Numbered from the stretch's first letter, positions 36,038 to 49,853 are shown. The stretch: DNA of 64,000 nt from Psammoneis japonica (GCA_008632985.1 QPGO01000129.1:124001-188000); one strand, 5' to 3'. Notes: generated from the letters alone by a model not told the origin. A program made the numbers and translations.

Positions 36038-39000
36038 CCAGCAAATTGGTCGTGCTTCTGCCAAAACTGCGCTTGGCCTGCCAAAGTCTGCTGCAGTTTC
36101 CAAGAACCATGCATGCATGACTTTGTCTGCTCTGCGCTTGATCAAATCTTTGCACTCAGCCAGCTGCCCCTCCAAGAAAGCAGCAGCTGCTTTGATCAAA
36201 ACAATGGAGTTCACACTCAAATTGCCAGACATTCCTGTCCATGACCACCAAACACGTGCACTTTCTTGCTCACCTGCCATCCTTCTCTTTGCACCATTCT
36301 CTCCACATCATTGTTCCTTTTGTGGTTGCTTGAGTTTTTCCCTGAAAACCTCTTTGCACTCACATCCCAGAAGAGGCCTCTGGCACAGATGCCATGCTCC
36401 TTGACTCCTTCAGAGCCATTTCATGTGCTCTTCTTCTGCTGCCAGTTCTCTGTTGAAAATCATTCACCACCTTTGTCAACATGGACCCCATCAATTTCTC
36501 ACCAACTGCAGGAGCTTGATCCATCACATGACGTCCCTCTGTGGGAGTCACTGCAGAACTTGAGTCCCTGCCCGCCAACTGGAATCAGCTCAATTCCCCA
36601 CACTTGTTGGCTTGCACTTTGAACAACCCCGCTGCTGCAGGACTCATGGCAACTCCCAGGACTCATGGCAACTGGAAAGCATGCCAAAAAGGTCAACTCT
36701 AACCCATGAGTGCAACATGGTCAGACTTTGTCATGCCCTCCTAAACCCAACATGCTGCTTGGCATTGTGCTTCCACCATCTTGCATTGTTGCTCCTCTGT
36801 GACCACCATTTCCTCCACATTCTGTCCCGTTGCAACAGGTGCCTCTCTTGTGTTGTGCTGTTTGCCATGTTCCTTCTGGTTCATGACACCAGAAGTCCCA
36901 AAACGAGTGTGCACTTTGCAAGTGATCTTCCCTGTTTTGCCAGTGCTTGCTTCTCCAAGGTTGATTCAAACAGGTGTTTCAGCGTCATTGTTCAGCGCAC
37001 ATTTCCAACTCAATGTTTGAATTTTTCAAAGCCTTCCACTGTTTTGAAATGTGCTCCATTGCAAGCAATTGATGATGCGCGCAATTGCAGATTTGTGTTT
37101 TTTTTAAGATTTCCTCCCAACTTTGTGCTTGTTTGTTCATGACTGCACTGGCCATTCTGTCTTCCTTTCTGACACAACTGCAGATTTACATTGTTTTGAA
37201 ATTTTCCACCAAGCCCACATTTTTTTGTTCACAACTGGGTTGACTGTTCCCTCTTCTTCATTTGCTGATGACTGAACTGACCATTCAATCTTTTTGTCCA
37301 GTGCCTCCCCCCTCCAGCTGCTTTGACTGTTGCCCAAACAGAACATTTCCACATTTTGACAATGGATGCCCACGTGCATTCAACAACCCACTTGTCCACA
37401 AACTTGCACATTCTCCATTTCTCATCCAGCGGTGCACCGCTGCATCACCACTTTGTTGTTGTCACACAGATGTGGCTGGCAGTGGTCAACTGTGGCAACT
37501 GCAGGTGTGTGCACTCCCTTTGCCGCCAGCCACTGCATGCTGGTGACAGAGCATCAATTCAGTTGTGTTGCTGGTGGCAGCATGGAATCTCATGGAGGGA
37601 TGACAAGTTTCAATTTTTTGCTGAGATTGCTTGTCACCCCACCTTCTTTGGCACTCACCAGTGTTGCAGCTTGTTCAATTTCATCAATTTCAGTGGTGCT
37701 TGTGCTGGTTTTGTGGTTGCTTGTCATTTGCTTGTTCCTTCTTGCAAGGCCCACAGTGTTGAGCTCCACCATCCTTGTCATGACTTGGGCTGTGTTTGGT
37801 GTGCTCGGACCTGGTCTGACTCTGCCAGCAGTTGCCCCACTTTGATCAATCAGTCATTCCTTGCCAAAGATGATGTTGTTTGCAGTTTGTGCCATGAGAA
37901 CAGCACCAAGATTTTCTTTGACAACCACAATGGGCGGATCCTGTTCAACAAGAACGTGACACAGAATTGCCTCAAGGAGATCCCATCCATTGAGTGTGCA
38001 GAAGGAATGGTCATTGTTTCACTTGATGTGATGTTTTGTGGTTGTGCCCACAAATGGACTCATGAATCCTTTTTTGTTCCTGCCCTCAAAGCTGGTCTGT
38101 TGTGGAGTGGCATGGGGTTGACAGGCACCGCCCCTGCCCGCAAAACTGATCTGGTGTCATGGGGTGGTGGGGTTGACAGGCACCTCCTTCACAAGCACAC
38201 CAAAAAAAGAGACAGCGTCATTGAGCCCAGGCATTCCACAAGGAACAACCTTGTGATGGACATCAAACAAAAGTTTCATCCACCCAAACATGGGTGGTGT
38301 GTTGCTGCACTCCTTGGTCATTTCTTGCAACTCTTGGCTGTTGTGTCAATCACCACCACTTTGACAAAATTGCTTTCTGCCTTGACAAAGCAACTGCCTG
38401 TCCTCTGCTGCAGCACACCACCACCGCCACCTTTGAAGCATTGCTGGACTGGCCCACTGGTGGATTGCACCCACCTCAGTCCTCAATCAGAACTGCAATG
38501 CATCGCAAGCTGACCAGACTGCAGCTGCAGATCAGACATGCACCATGTTCTTCCAACCTGAATCTGCTTTGATGTTTGGCAAAGCATGGTGCAACATTCT
38601 AGCATCAAAAACAAGTGCAGCACCTGCTTCTCCCACCAACAGTTTTTTTCCAAACCCAACCTTGCCAGTTGTCTTTCAGGCTCTTTCTCACTCAAAACTG
38701 CCTTGCAACCATCCGGCCAAATCTCAATGGTGCCATTGTCCTCAGTCATGTTGTCAAAGAACAGAAAGACAGCGAACATCTTGTGTCCAGGACTCCACCA
38801 AGTCTCCACAAAATTGACCAGAAGCAAATTGGTTGTGCTTCTGCCAAACTGCCCTTGGCCTGCCAAAGTCTTCTGCAGTTTCCAAGAACCACGCATGCAT
38901 GACTTTGTCTGCTCTGCCCTTGATCAAATCTTTGCACTCAGCCAGCTGCCTCTCCAAGAAAGCAGCAGCTGCTTTGATCAAAACAATGGAGTTCACACTC

Positions 39001-41531
39001 AAATTGTCAGACATTCCTGTCCATGACCATCAAACACACGCACTTTCTTGCTCACCTGTCATCCTTCTCTTTGCACCATCCTCTCCACATCATTGTTCCT
39101 TTTGTGGTTGCTTGAGTTTTTCCCTGAGAAAACCTCTTTGCACTCACCCCAGAAGAGGCCTCTGGCACAGATGCCATGCTCCTTGACTCCTTCAGAACCA
39201 TTTTCATGTGCTCTCCTTTTGCTGCCACTTCTCTGTTGAAAATCATTCACCATCTTTGTCAACATGGACCCCATCAATTTCTCACCAACTGCAGGAGCTT
39301 GATCCATCACATGACGTCCCTCTGTGGGAGTCACTGCAGAACTTGAGTCCCTGCCCACCAACTGGAATCAGCTCAATTCCCCACACTTGTTGGTTTGCAC
39401 ATTGAACAACCCCGCTGCTTCAGGGCTCATGGCAACTGGAAAACATGCCAAAGAGGTCAACTCCAACCCATGAGTGCAACATGGTCAGACTTTGTCATGC
39501 CCTCCTCAACCCAACATGCCGCTTGACATTGTGCTTCCACCATCTTGCATTGTTGCTCCTCTGTGACCACCATTTCCTCCACATTCTGTCCCGCTGCAAC
39601 AGGCACCTCTTGTGTTGTGGTGTTTGCCATGTTCCATCTGGTTCATGACACCAGAAGTCCCAAAACGAGTGCACTTTGCAAGTGATCTTCCCTGTTTTGC
39701 CAGCGCTTGCTTCTCCAAGGTTGACTCAATGTTTGAATTTTTCATGGCCTTCCACTGTTTTGAAATGTGCTCCATTGCAAGCAATTCATGATGCGCGCAA
39801 TTGCAGATTTGTGTGTTTTTAAGATTTCCTCCCAACTTTGTGCTTGTTTGTTCATGACTGCATTGGCCATTCTGTCTTCCTTTCTGACACAACTGCAGAT
39901 TGACATTGTTTTGAAATTTGCCACCAAGCCCGCATTTTTTTGTTCACAACTGGGTTGACTGTTCCCTCTTCTTCATTTGCTCACAACTGAGTTGACCATC
40001 CATTCTTTTTGTCCAATGCTTCCCCCCTCCAGCTGCTTTGACTGTTGCCCAAACAGAACATTTCCACATTTTGACAATGGATGCCCACGTGCATTCAACG
40101 ACCCACTTGTCCACAAACTTGCACATTCTCCATTTCTCATCCGGCGGTGCACCGCTGCATCACCACTTTGTTGTTGTTGCACAGATGTGGCAGTGGTCAA
40201 CTGCAGCAACTGCAGGTGTGTGCACTCCCTTTGCCACCAGCCATTGCATGCTGGTGACAGAGCATCAACCCAGTTGTGTTGCTGGCAGCAGCATGGAATC
40301 TCATGGAGGGATGGCAAGTTTCAATTTTTTCTGAGGTTGCTTGTCACCCCACCTTTTTTGGCACTCAGTGTTGCAGCTTGTTCAATTTCATTGATTTCAT
40401 TGGTGCTTGTGCTGGTTTTGCGGTTGCTTGTCATTTGCTTGTTCCTTCTTGCAAGGCCCACAGTGATGAGCTCCATCATCCTTGTCATGACTTGGGCTGT
40501 GTTTGGTGTGCTGGGACCTGGCCTGACTCTCCCAGCAGTTGTCCCACTTTGATCAATCAGTCATTCCTTGCCAAAGATGATGTTGTTTGCAGTTTGTGCC
40601 ATGAGAACAGCACCAAGATTTTCTTTGACAACCACAATGGGTGGATTCTGTTCAACAAGAGCGTGGCACAGAATCACCTCAAGGAGATCCCATCCAACAA
40701 GTGTGCAGAAGGAACAGCCCCTGTTTCACTTGATGTGATGTTTTGTGGTTGTGCCCACAAATGGACACATGAATCCTTTTTTGTTCCTGCCCTCAAAGCT
40801 GATCTGTTGTGGAGTGGCATGGGGTTGACAGGCACCGCCCCTGCCCACAAAACTGATCTGGTGTCGCGAGGTGGTGGGGTTGACAGGCACCTCCTTCACA
40901 AGCACACCAAAAAAAGAGACAGCATCATTGAGCCCAGGCATTCCACAAGGAACAACCTTGTGATGGACATCAAACAAAAGTTTCATCCACCCAAACATGG
41001 GTGGTGTGTTGCTGCACTCCTTGGTCATTTCTTGCAACTCTTGGCTGTTGTGTCAATCATCGCCACTTCGACAAAGTTGCTTTCTGCCTTGACAAAGCAA
41101 CTGCCTGTCCTCTGCTGCACACCACCACCACCACCTTTGAAGCATTGCTGGACTGGCCCGCTGGTGGATTGCACCCCTGCCTCAGTTCTCAATCAGAGCT
41201 GCAATGCATTGCAAGCTGACCAGATTGCAGCTGCAGATCAGACATGCGCCATGTTCTTCCAACCTGAATCTGCTTTGATGTTTGGCAAAGCATGGTGCAA
41301 CATTCCAGAATCAAAAACAAATGCAGCACCTGCTTCTCCCACCAACAGTTCTTTTTCCAAACCCAACCTTGCCAGTTGTCTTTCAGGCTCTTTCTCACTC
41401 AAAACTGCCTTGCAGCCATCCGGCCAAATCTCAATGGTGCCATTGTCCTCAGTCATGTTGTCAAAGAACAGAAAGACAGTGAACATCTTGTGTCCAGGAC
41501 TCCACCAAGTCTCCACAAAATTGACCAGAAG
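36038..41531. repeat. Tandem segmental duplication, two units of about 2.7-2.8 kb
   Basis: agcaaattggt(c/t)gtgcttctgcc begins units at about 36040 and 38823. Both end ...ctccacaaaattgaccagaag (38824, 41531). Copies differ mostly by transitions and small indels. Confidence 0.92.
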
Positions 41532-41800
41532 TTGGTTCTTGAGCTGGTCGCTGGAGCATGCACTGTGGTGTGCCTGGTGATTTTTTTGTCATGTCATCTT
41601 GCGCAGCAGAAAGTCTGGAATGATGCCCGCTGTTCTTTGTGCCAACTCAATGCCTTTGGCCTTGTCTTTTTTGTCCTGAACAAAACCTCTGATGAGCAGG
41701 TGTCCTTCCATTTGTTGCGTCATTGCTGGTGCTTTGTTCGCCAAAGCATCAACCCGTTTGAGCAGTTGTTTTGGCGCTTGGTGTTTTTGGAAATGGCGTG
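41230..41800 (-). pseudogene. Phytanoyl-CoA dioxygenase (PhyH)-like Fe(II)/2OG oxygenase fragment; second partial copy at about 38530-38810
   Basis: FTVFLFFDNMTEDNGTIEIWPD...VGEAGAAFVFDSGMLHHALPN matches the PhyH pattern LDD-T-ENG-----PG ... G--G----F----H----N. Confidence 0.65.
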
Positions 41801-41878
41801 CTGACCCTTTCTTCAACACACTTTCTGCACATCTCCTTTTTTTGGTTGCTGCTTTTTTCCTCCCCAGGTGCAACTCCT

Positions 41879-42056
41879 GGCCTGTGCTGGCTCCAGGTGA
41901 TGCACAATTCATCGTGCAAAAGGGTGTGAGTGTTGTGTGCACTTGCCTTTCAATTTGGGAAAAAATCGGTTTTGAGCAAGTTCATTGTGCCAAATGCACA
42001 AATTGGCCAGTGATGGGACTCAAACCTCTGCGCATCACCTGGAGCTGGAACAGGCC
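41879..42056. mobile_element. 178-bp MITE with 4-bp TSD TCCT, same family as 24514-24773
   Basis: tcct|ggcctgtgctggctccaggtgat ... atcacctggagctggaacaggcc|tcct. Confidence 0.85.
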
Positions 42057-43156
42057 TCCTCTCTGCCTTGCCGCATTGCCAATTGGCCATGATTGCAACG
42101 TTGATGTTGTGTTGGCCACCACCTGGCAAACTTCTGACACCCATTGACTTTGCACTTTTGCCCCATTTTCTGACCTTTGATCATGTGTGAAGGATCAGTC
42201 TGCCTCTGCCAAAATCCAAAGTCAACAAACAACCAGTGTGTCATTGCTGCCAAGCTCCTCTGACACCAGATCTTGCAAGGAGGCAACAACGTCAAACATT
42301 TCATGCACCCGCTGAGCAGTGGTGCACCAACTGTGTTCACCGGTTGGACAGCAGAGGTCTTTCCTGAAATGCAAACTCACATCTTCTTCACAACAAAATG
42401 TTGTTTTGGCTGCAGTGGACTGCTTTCAGCTCTTCCCAGCCAGAAACACATCGCAGCAGTTGGCAACCCCCTGTGTCTTTTCTCTGTCAACAATGCATGT
42501 TTGTGACTGCAGACAATGAAGAGTGCATGCCAACATGAGCCAAGGTTGTCATTTTAGATTTGGCGCCATCAAAAAGTGAGCACATTCCAACATCACATCT
42601 GCCCATTGACGCCGCAATTGAAGACACAATTTTTGTCAACCAAAGTCAATCCACTCCCACCAGGACTTGATTCTGCATTGATGAAACCTGTGTCTGGAAA
42701 TGAAACATTGGAAAATGCCATCTTTGTTGTTTTCATGTTCTGTTGGTGCCACAAACAATGGCACCTCTTTGCATCCAATTGCTGGCCAATGCACAGTCAT
42801 TGATGCAACAACGTTTGTTCTCAACACAAACAAACAAACAAACAATTTTCTTTTTGACACAGCGACATTCGCTGCAACACACCACACCAACTGTTGACAT
42901 GATCTCCCCCTTGCAGAATGTTGGCAAACCCATTGCCTCTCCCACCATTTGATCACCCAACTCAACAGTGTCAGCATTCTCCAAAAACATCACGCAGCTC
43001 CACCTGCTCCATGTCATCCAGCACAATTTCCTCCGCTCTTGAGCCACAATCAACGTTGTTGCTGTCCAAAAACTTGCTCTTCACCACCATCTTGCCATTG
43101 TCTGCCACCAGTGCATCTGGCACCCTGTCAAGCAAACAGACAGCTTGACACCAAAT

Positions 43157-46100
43157 GGAGCAAATGCTGTTGCACTGTCATGAATGTGGGCAGTTTATGT
43201 GCTGTTGGCGATTGGTCCACTGTCACTCATTCAGTGGCCCCGGTGGCGCAACATCTCACAATTCTAGAACATGCTGATGCTGTTCAACACTCTGCCTTGT
43301 CTTGCACCCAACCCTCAGCTGTCATGGCAGCATTTGTTCACTTTGTCAGAGCCAATGCGCTGTGATGTTCATCACCTGGAACGGGCATCGCGAACGGCAC
43401 GACGGCATCGTTGCAATCGATCGATTTTTGCAGCAAGCGCCATGTTGGTCCCATGGTTGCTCGCGCAATTGCTGAGTCCTTTGTGTTTGTCAACATTCAT
43501 GCATGTGAACGACATGCTCTTGGAGACCAGAGCTGTGATCCGTCAGACATGACGTTAGAGCACGGAATGTTTGATCACGTGGATGGAATGTGTTGGCTGA
43601 GGCACACAAACATTTGTGACAAAGATGACATGATGATTTGTGCGCTGATGTCTGTCATTTGATCACATGCATTTCATTGATCAAAACACGTTGTCAAGCT
43701 GCTTGGACACTGTGCATGTGGACACATGTCTGTTGCCAATCATTGCTTGGGAGTGACACCGCCTGCTCGCGGGTTCGCCAAGTAGAAACCGCCAAATCGG
43801 CACAAGAACCACACATTTTTCTCACTTTCCTCCACTCACACAAGTGGATGCTCACGTGTCGAAATGCAAACAACTGCTGATGCACCATGGCCGCTGCCGC
43901 AGCCTTTGCCGCTTGTCTTGCGCACTGTGGACACAATGCGCAGATGTGCACCTGCACAGCCCATCAAGGCTTTGCTGCTGTCAAGGACTTGGAACAGGTC
44001 CCTTTGACAGAAATTGCCGACATGACCAAGGGCATTGTGAAGAGCGTGGATGCCGCCACTGACCCCCGAGTCCGCTTCCCATGTCTGGTGAATCACAAGC
44101 TCAAGGCACTGCGCACATGGATTGGCTGCCGCAGGGCCCGAAATCAAGAGCCGACCGCTGCTCTCTTTGCTGGCGACGTCATTGGAACATGGACGGCACA
44201 TCTCACGGAACTGGAGCAGTTCAAGTCTGCAGACTCGGATGACGAATCAGCTGCCAAAATGGCCGTGGAGCTCAAGAACCCACATGACTAGCCTGCCTTC
44301 CAAGAGTTGCTGGAGACCGAACTGCGTCACCACCGCAGTGCTGTTGCGGCATGCCCCTTGTCCACCTCATCAGGGAGCATGAAGACATCACCGCCAAAAT
44401 GTTGGATGCCACCTGCACTGCCATTGACGAGGACCTTGTTGCCACTGCTCGACTTGCAGGAGCTCAGCATGCGCAGGATGGACAATGCCTGTGTGATCTC
44501 TTGAAGAAGTTGGTGACAGGTGGGCCCGGATGGGCTTTTGTCAAGCCTTCCAATCGCAACTGCGATGGTCGCACTGCTTTCTTTGCACTCAAGAGGCAGG
44601 CAGAAGGATCGGCTGCCACCACTGCCCGAAAGAACCGTGCTTGTGCACAGATTGCTGCTGCAAAGCACACCGGATGGGGTCGATTCACTTTCGACCAGCA
44701 CGTTCAGTGCCACAAAAAAGCTCACAACGACTTGTCCGAGCTTGATGAGCCGGCAGCCGAGACCAAGAAGGTCTCTGACTTTCTGAAGGGTGTTTCCGAC
44801 CCCAGGTTGGAAACTGGTGAGAGTGCAGTGGATGGAGACCCGACAAAGCTGGCGGATTTTGAAGCATGCCAGCAGCACATGAAAACTCTGGCAGAAAATG
44901 CCAAGAACCGCAATGCTGACACTCGTGGAATTGCATCCATCCAATGCCACAACAACCGGCATGGAAACCCTGGCGGAAAGCACCAACCTAAAAAGGACAA
45001 GCCCAGGATCTGGGCAGGCCATCATCCCACAGAAGAGTGGAGTGCTCTTGACGGTCCTGAGCAAGAGCAAGTTCAAAAGCTCTGCGATGCCAAGAAAGCC
45101 AAAAAGAAATGCAAAGCTGCAGCTGCGTCCTCGGAGGCTGAGACGGTCGATGCCGAAACTCGCGCTGTTAAGAAAGCGACCATTGCCGAGCCCAATCCTC
45201 AACCTGCTGATGAGCCAAAGGACTCTGAAGAGCCCAACAAACCTGCCGCCAATGCAGGCACCCAGTTCAGACGCAGTGTGCACAAGAAACCTCAGAAGGA
45301 GGAACGAATGGTTGCACCAGCACCAAAAGGCACAGAACCAAATGTCCCTGAACCTGCTGGCACTGCACATTTATCTGAGCGATTCTCAAAGGACACACAT
45401 GTCTCTTCATCATCTGCTGGAAATTCAGATGATGAAGCAACCACTGATTTGGACTCGCACGCTGACACGTGTGCTGTTGGGTCCAATTTTATAATGTGCT
45501 CTGATGTCGACAGAACTGTCATGGTGCACCCTTGCTCCGAAGAGCACGCACCAATGGAAAACATTCCTGTTTGCATGGCTGCTGCCATGTGGGTTGATCC
45601 AGCTGATGGACAACCACACCTGCTGCCAGTCCATGAGGCTGTGTTTTTCGGGGACAAGATGACTGACACTCTCCCATGCCCCAACCAACTGCGAGCGAAT
45701 GGACTGATTGTCCACGACACCCCTTGCCAGTTTGATCCGACTGGCGCACACTCTGTTTCTTTCCCTGACTCGAAGATCAGGACACCATTGTGAATGCGAG
45801 GTGTTGCTTCAGTCTTTGATTCACACAAGCCAACAAAGGAGGATTTGGAGAACCTCCCCCAGCTGGAACTCACATCACCCCTGAGATGGGAGCCTTCTGC
45901 TGATGCCCTGGCGCAAAAGGAGGAAGCGCGTGCATGTGCCAGTGTGCGCCAAGGATCAGCAAAGTCTGACGGACGGTCGACGATGATGAATGCGATCAGG
46001 TGTGTTGCCTCCATTCATTCACACCAAACGTCCTGTCACAATGAGAGCGTCATTGTGGATGCTGATGACGATGATTCTTTGCATCACCGCCTGGTTGCTC

Positions 46101-49100
46101 AGGCAAATGTCTCCCACAATGACACTGAGGGAGACGGGCCACACGACCGGCATGACCTGGATGTCCACCTGGATTGTGCCGAGCGGAAACGGGTGCATGC
46201 ACTGTCAAACTCGGGTCGTGCATCAACCATCACACCCAAGACACTTTCTAAAAGGTGGAACATTTGCCTGACGGCCGCCAAGAACACCCTTAGAGTGACA
46301 ACCCAGGCAGGGGTCCGCAATGCCTGCACACCTTCCGAATGGAAAGTCCGGAAGAAAGCCCCTTGGCTTAAGTTCCCTGCTGTCAAGGGACGCTTCTACT
46401 CTGACCAGATGTTTTTGAAGGTCAAATCAACACATGGCAAGATGGGAGGAAGCGCGCTCACCAACGGAAGAGGGTGTGATGGGTTCTGTCCTTGGAAGAG
46501 GAAACAGGACCACCCAAACACCGTCATGTCATTCATGCATGACGTTGGCACACCGCAGGTCCTTGTGTCGGATGGCACGCCGGAAATGGCTGGAAGGCCA
46601 GACCAAGGAGATCTGCAAGGAACACAGGACACACCAGGAGGTGTCCACCCCTTGCAGCCCCTGGCAGAACCTGGCCAAGGCATCCATTCATGAGTTGAAG
46701 AAAAGAGTCCGTGTGACTCTACGCCGGACTGGCGCTCACAGGCGACTTTGGTCCTGTGGTGCCAAATGGATGTGTGACATCTGACGCATGATTGCGGCTG
46801 GCATGTCGGATGTGGGAGGACGAGTCCCAGAAGAGGAGGTGACAGGTTCAACACCTGACATCTTGTCCCTCTCTCTCTTTGATTGGCATCAACCTGTCTG
46901 TTGCTGCATGCCTGTGGCGGAGTTCCCACATGAGAAGAAGTGCATTGGCCATTGGCTCGGAGCAGCTGACAATTGCACTGATGACATGGCATTCATCATC
47001 TTGCCTGAATCAGGCAAACCCATCATTCAGAAGGATGTGTGGGCCATGCCGGAGGATGACCTTAAAACTCCAGCGATCCAGACAGATCTTGCATTGGTTG
47101 ATCAAGCTTTGATCGAACAGCTTGGCATCCCGGAACAGGGTGCCAGTGCTGACTTCCCTGAACTCCCTGACGACTTCATGGACGAATGGGACGATGCCGT
47201 TGAACCCGTGGAACCCGATGCTTCCAAACCGGAAGCTGATGAGCACACCCCGGAGGGGGCCAGATGAGTGTCTCACAGCTCAAGTCATGTCACCATGCGG
47301 AGGCGAGCTGACTCATGCCAGGGTCATTGCACGCAAAAGAGATGGCGACGGGGTTCCCATTGGTGCTGGGAACGACAACCCTGTCCCAGACTCAAGGACA
47401 CACGATGTGGAATTTCCTGATGGATCTACTGACTCCTGTGCTGCTGACGCAATTGCAGAGAACCTGTTCGCACAGATCGACTCTGAAGGGAATGCCTGCC
47501 AGATTGTGAAGGAGATGGTCGATCACCGACGTGATGCCCGTGCTGCAATGGCCGATGACGGGTGCATGACGACTGAGACTGGCAGGCGTGCTCCTGGGAG
47601 GACGACCGCAGGCTGGGACCCACAAGTCAAATGGAAGGATGGGACTGCATCCTGGGTTCCTCTCAAGGATTTGAAGGAATCCAATCCAGTCGAGGTTGCT
47701 GAGTGCGCTGTGGCAAACAAAGCAGCCAGTGAGCCAGCCTTTAACTGGTGGGTCCGCGACGTCTTGTGTCACAGGTCAAGGATCCTGAAGAAAGTCAAGT
47801 CGCGCCACTGGAAACGCATGCACAAGTTCGGAGCTGAACTCCTGAAATCTGTCAAGGAAGCCATGTAAACAGACAACAGAATGGGGACTGACTTCTGGCT
47901 CAAGGCTGTTGAGAAGGAAATGCGCAACGTCATGCCTGCGCTCGAATTCCGCGATGATGACACTGCACCGGTCGGGCACAAACACATTGATTGTCACATG
48001 ACTTTTGACATCAAGAGCACCCTCCAATGCAAAGCGAGGTTCGTGGCCGGAGGCCATCAAACTGATCCACCCAAGGAATTGACCCACTCCAGCATGGTGT
48101 CGCGTGATGGCGTTGGGATGGCATTCACTGTGGCAGCTCTGAATGACCTGGAGGTCCTGAGTGCTGATGTTCAGAATGCCTGCTTGAACGCACACACTGA
48201 GGAAAAGTGTTGCACTGCTGCTGGCCTGGAATTTGGGAAGCAGAATGAGGGAAGGCCGGCAATCATTGTCCGTGCCTTGCATGGTCTCAAGTCTTCAGGT
48301 GCAAGATTTAGGGAACACATGGCAGCTGCTCTGCGGGATGCTGGGTTTGAGTCTTGCAAGGCTGACCCGGATGTCTGGATGCAAGCTGCGGTTAAGCCGG
48401 ATGGCTTCAAGTGCTGGGAATGTGCACTTGTCTGTGTGGACGACTTGTTGTGCGTCTCCCATGAACCTCAGAAGGTCATGGATCATGTGAGCTCTAGACA
48501 CACGCTCAAGGACGGAAGTGTCTGCGAGCCGGAAGAGCACTCAGGCGCCCAGATCAGAAAGCACCAGCTGTCTGACTCGGATGGTGAGACACGCTGGGCT
48601 GTGTCTTCTGACATTGGTGTCAAAAGGGCATCAGCTGATGTTGAATTGGAGCTTGAGAAAACTGACAGGCATCTTCCAATGAAGGCGTCGACGCCCTTGA
48701 GCTCGGGATGCAGGCCTGAACTGGACGGCTCACCTGAGTTGAATGCCAAAACGGCCAACTGCTGTCAAGGCCTTGTCGGTGTGCTGCGGTGGGTGGTTGA
48801 ACTAGGGCGAGTGGACATTTTTGTCACTGTCTCACTCATGTCCTCCTGCTCAGTGGCACCACGGGTTGGACACCTGGACAAGGTGCTCCACATCTTTGCA
48901 TGCTTGAAAGCTCATTCTAAGTCTGCGCCAGTGTTCGACGACACTGAGCCCGTCTTTGATGAGAGTCACTTTGCCAAGTGTGATTGGGAAGAACATTGCC
49001 CTGGCGTGGCTGAAACAATGCCGCCGAACATGCTGGAGGCATGCGGGAACAGCGTGACAACTGCTTGCTTTGTCGATGCTGACCACGCCGGATGCCATGT

Positions 49101-49853
49101 GACATGCAGGTCCCATGCTGGGATCCTGACATTTGTCCAACGAGCACTCATCCTGCATTGCTCTAAATGGCAGAATGCCATAGAGTCCTCTGCTTTTGGG
49201 TCGGAGTTTGTGGCTGTGAAGACTGCAGCGGAGCAAATTGAAGCCTTGCATCACAAGCTTCGGATGCTCAGAATCCCCATGGATGGGGCCACTGACGTTT
49301 TCTGCGACAATGAGGCTGTCTTCAAGAACTCAACTGAACCAGAGTCCACTTTAAAGAAGAAGCACAATGCAGTTGCCTGTCACAGGACTCGTGAGGCACA
49401 AGCCGCTGGAACAGCGCGCATTGCTTGGGAAGACGGACGCACGAATTTAGCAGATGCACTGGCCAAGTTGTTGCCTGGACCAAAGCTCCAGGAAATCACA
49501 AGCCACATCCTGTGGTGAGTCCCAAAAGGGGACAAACCAAACGGGTTTGCCGCGCAGGTGTGGCTTTTCCCACCCCCAAAATGAAAATGCCACCCTGGAG
49601 TGGGGCAGCATCAGGTTGCATTTGTCTGTCAATCTGGCCCGAGCGGAGCTGGTGTCAGTTCGAGGGGACTGAATGAATGCTGACACACTGTCACGAACAC
49701 AGGCAGTTCATGTGCTGTTGGCGATTGGTCCACCATCGCTCATTTGGTGGCCCTGGCAGTGCAACATCTCACAATTCTAGAACCTGTTGATGCTGTTCAA
49801 CACTCCACCTTGTCTTGCACCCAATTCTTGGCTGTCATGGCAGCATTTGTTCA
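43157..49853 (+). mobile_element. Full-length Ty1/copia (CoDi-like) LTR retrotransposon A, inactivated
   Basis: Direct LTRs at about 43157-43340 and 49671-49853, PBS-like tgtcagagcc after the 5' LTR and PPT gagggga before the 3' LTR. Domain order is gag, protease, integrase, RT, RNase H. TSD ambiguous (aaat occurs at both ends). Confidence 0.95.
43887..49518 (+). pseudogene. gag-pol of element A; conserved Tyr replaced by Cys/His, several stops and frameshifts
   Basis: Protease DLDSHADT, integrase VLVSDG and PCSPWQNLAK, RT KARFVAGGH, ADVQNACL, RALHGLKSSG and CVDD (48433-48444), RNase H FVDADHAG, FCDNEAV and NLADAL. ORFs 44351-45793 (480 aa) and 47881-49518 (545 aa) contain no Tyr. Confidence 0.95.

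Noticed and set aside
41230..41800. PhyH-like dioxygenase as the mutator enzyme
   Set aside because: It is itself a mutated fragment and shows no TET/JBP or AlkB features. Nothing links it to DNA modification.
43887..49518. Alternative genetic code or RNA recoding as the reason for missing Tyr
   Set aside because: Neighbouring genes use TAY normally, non-coding LTRs and MITEs show the same TA loss, and both TGY and CAY replace Tyr.
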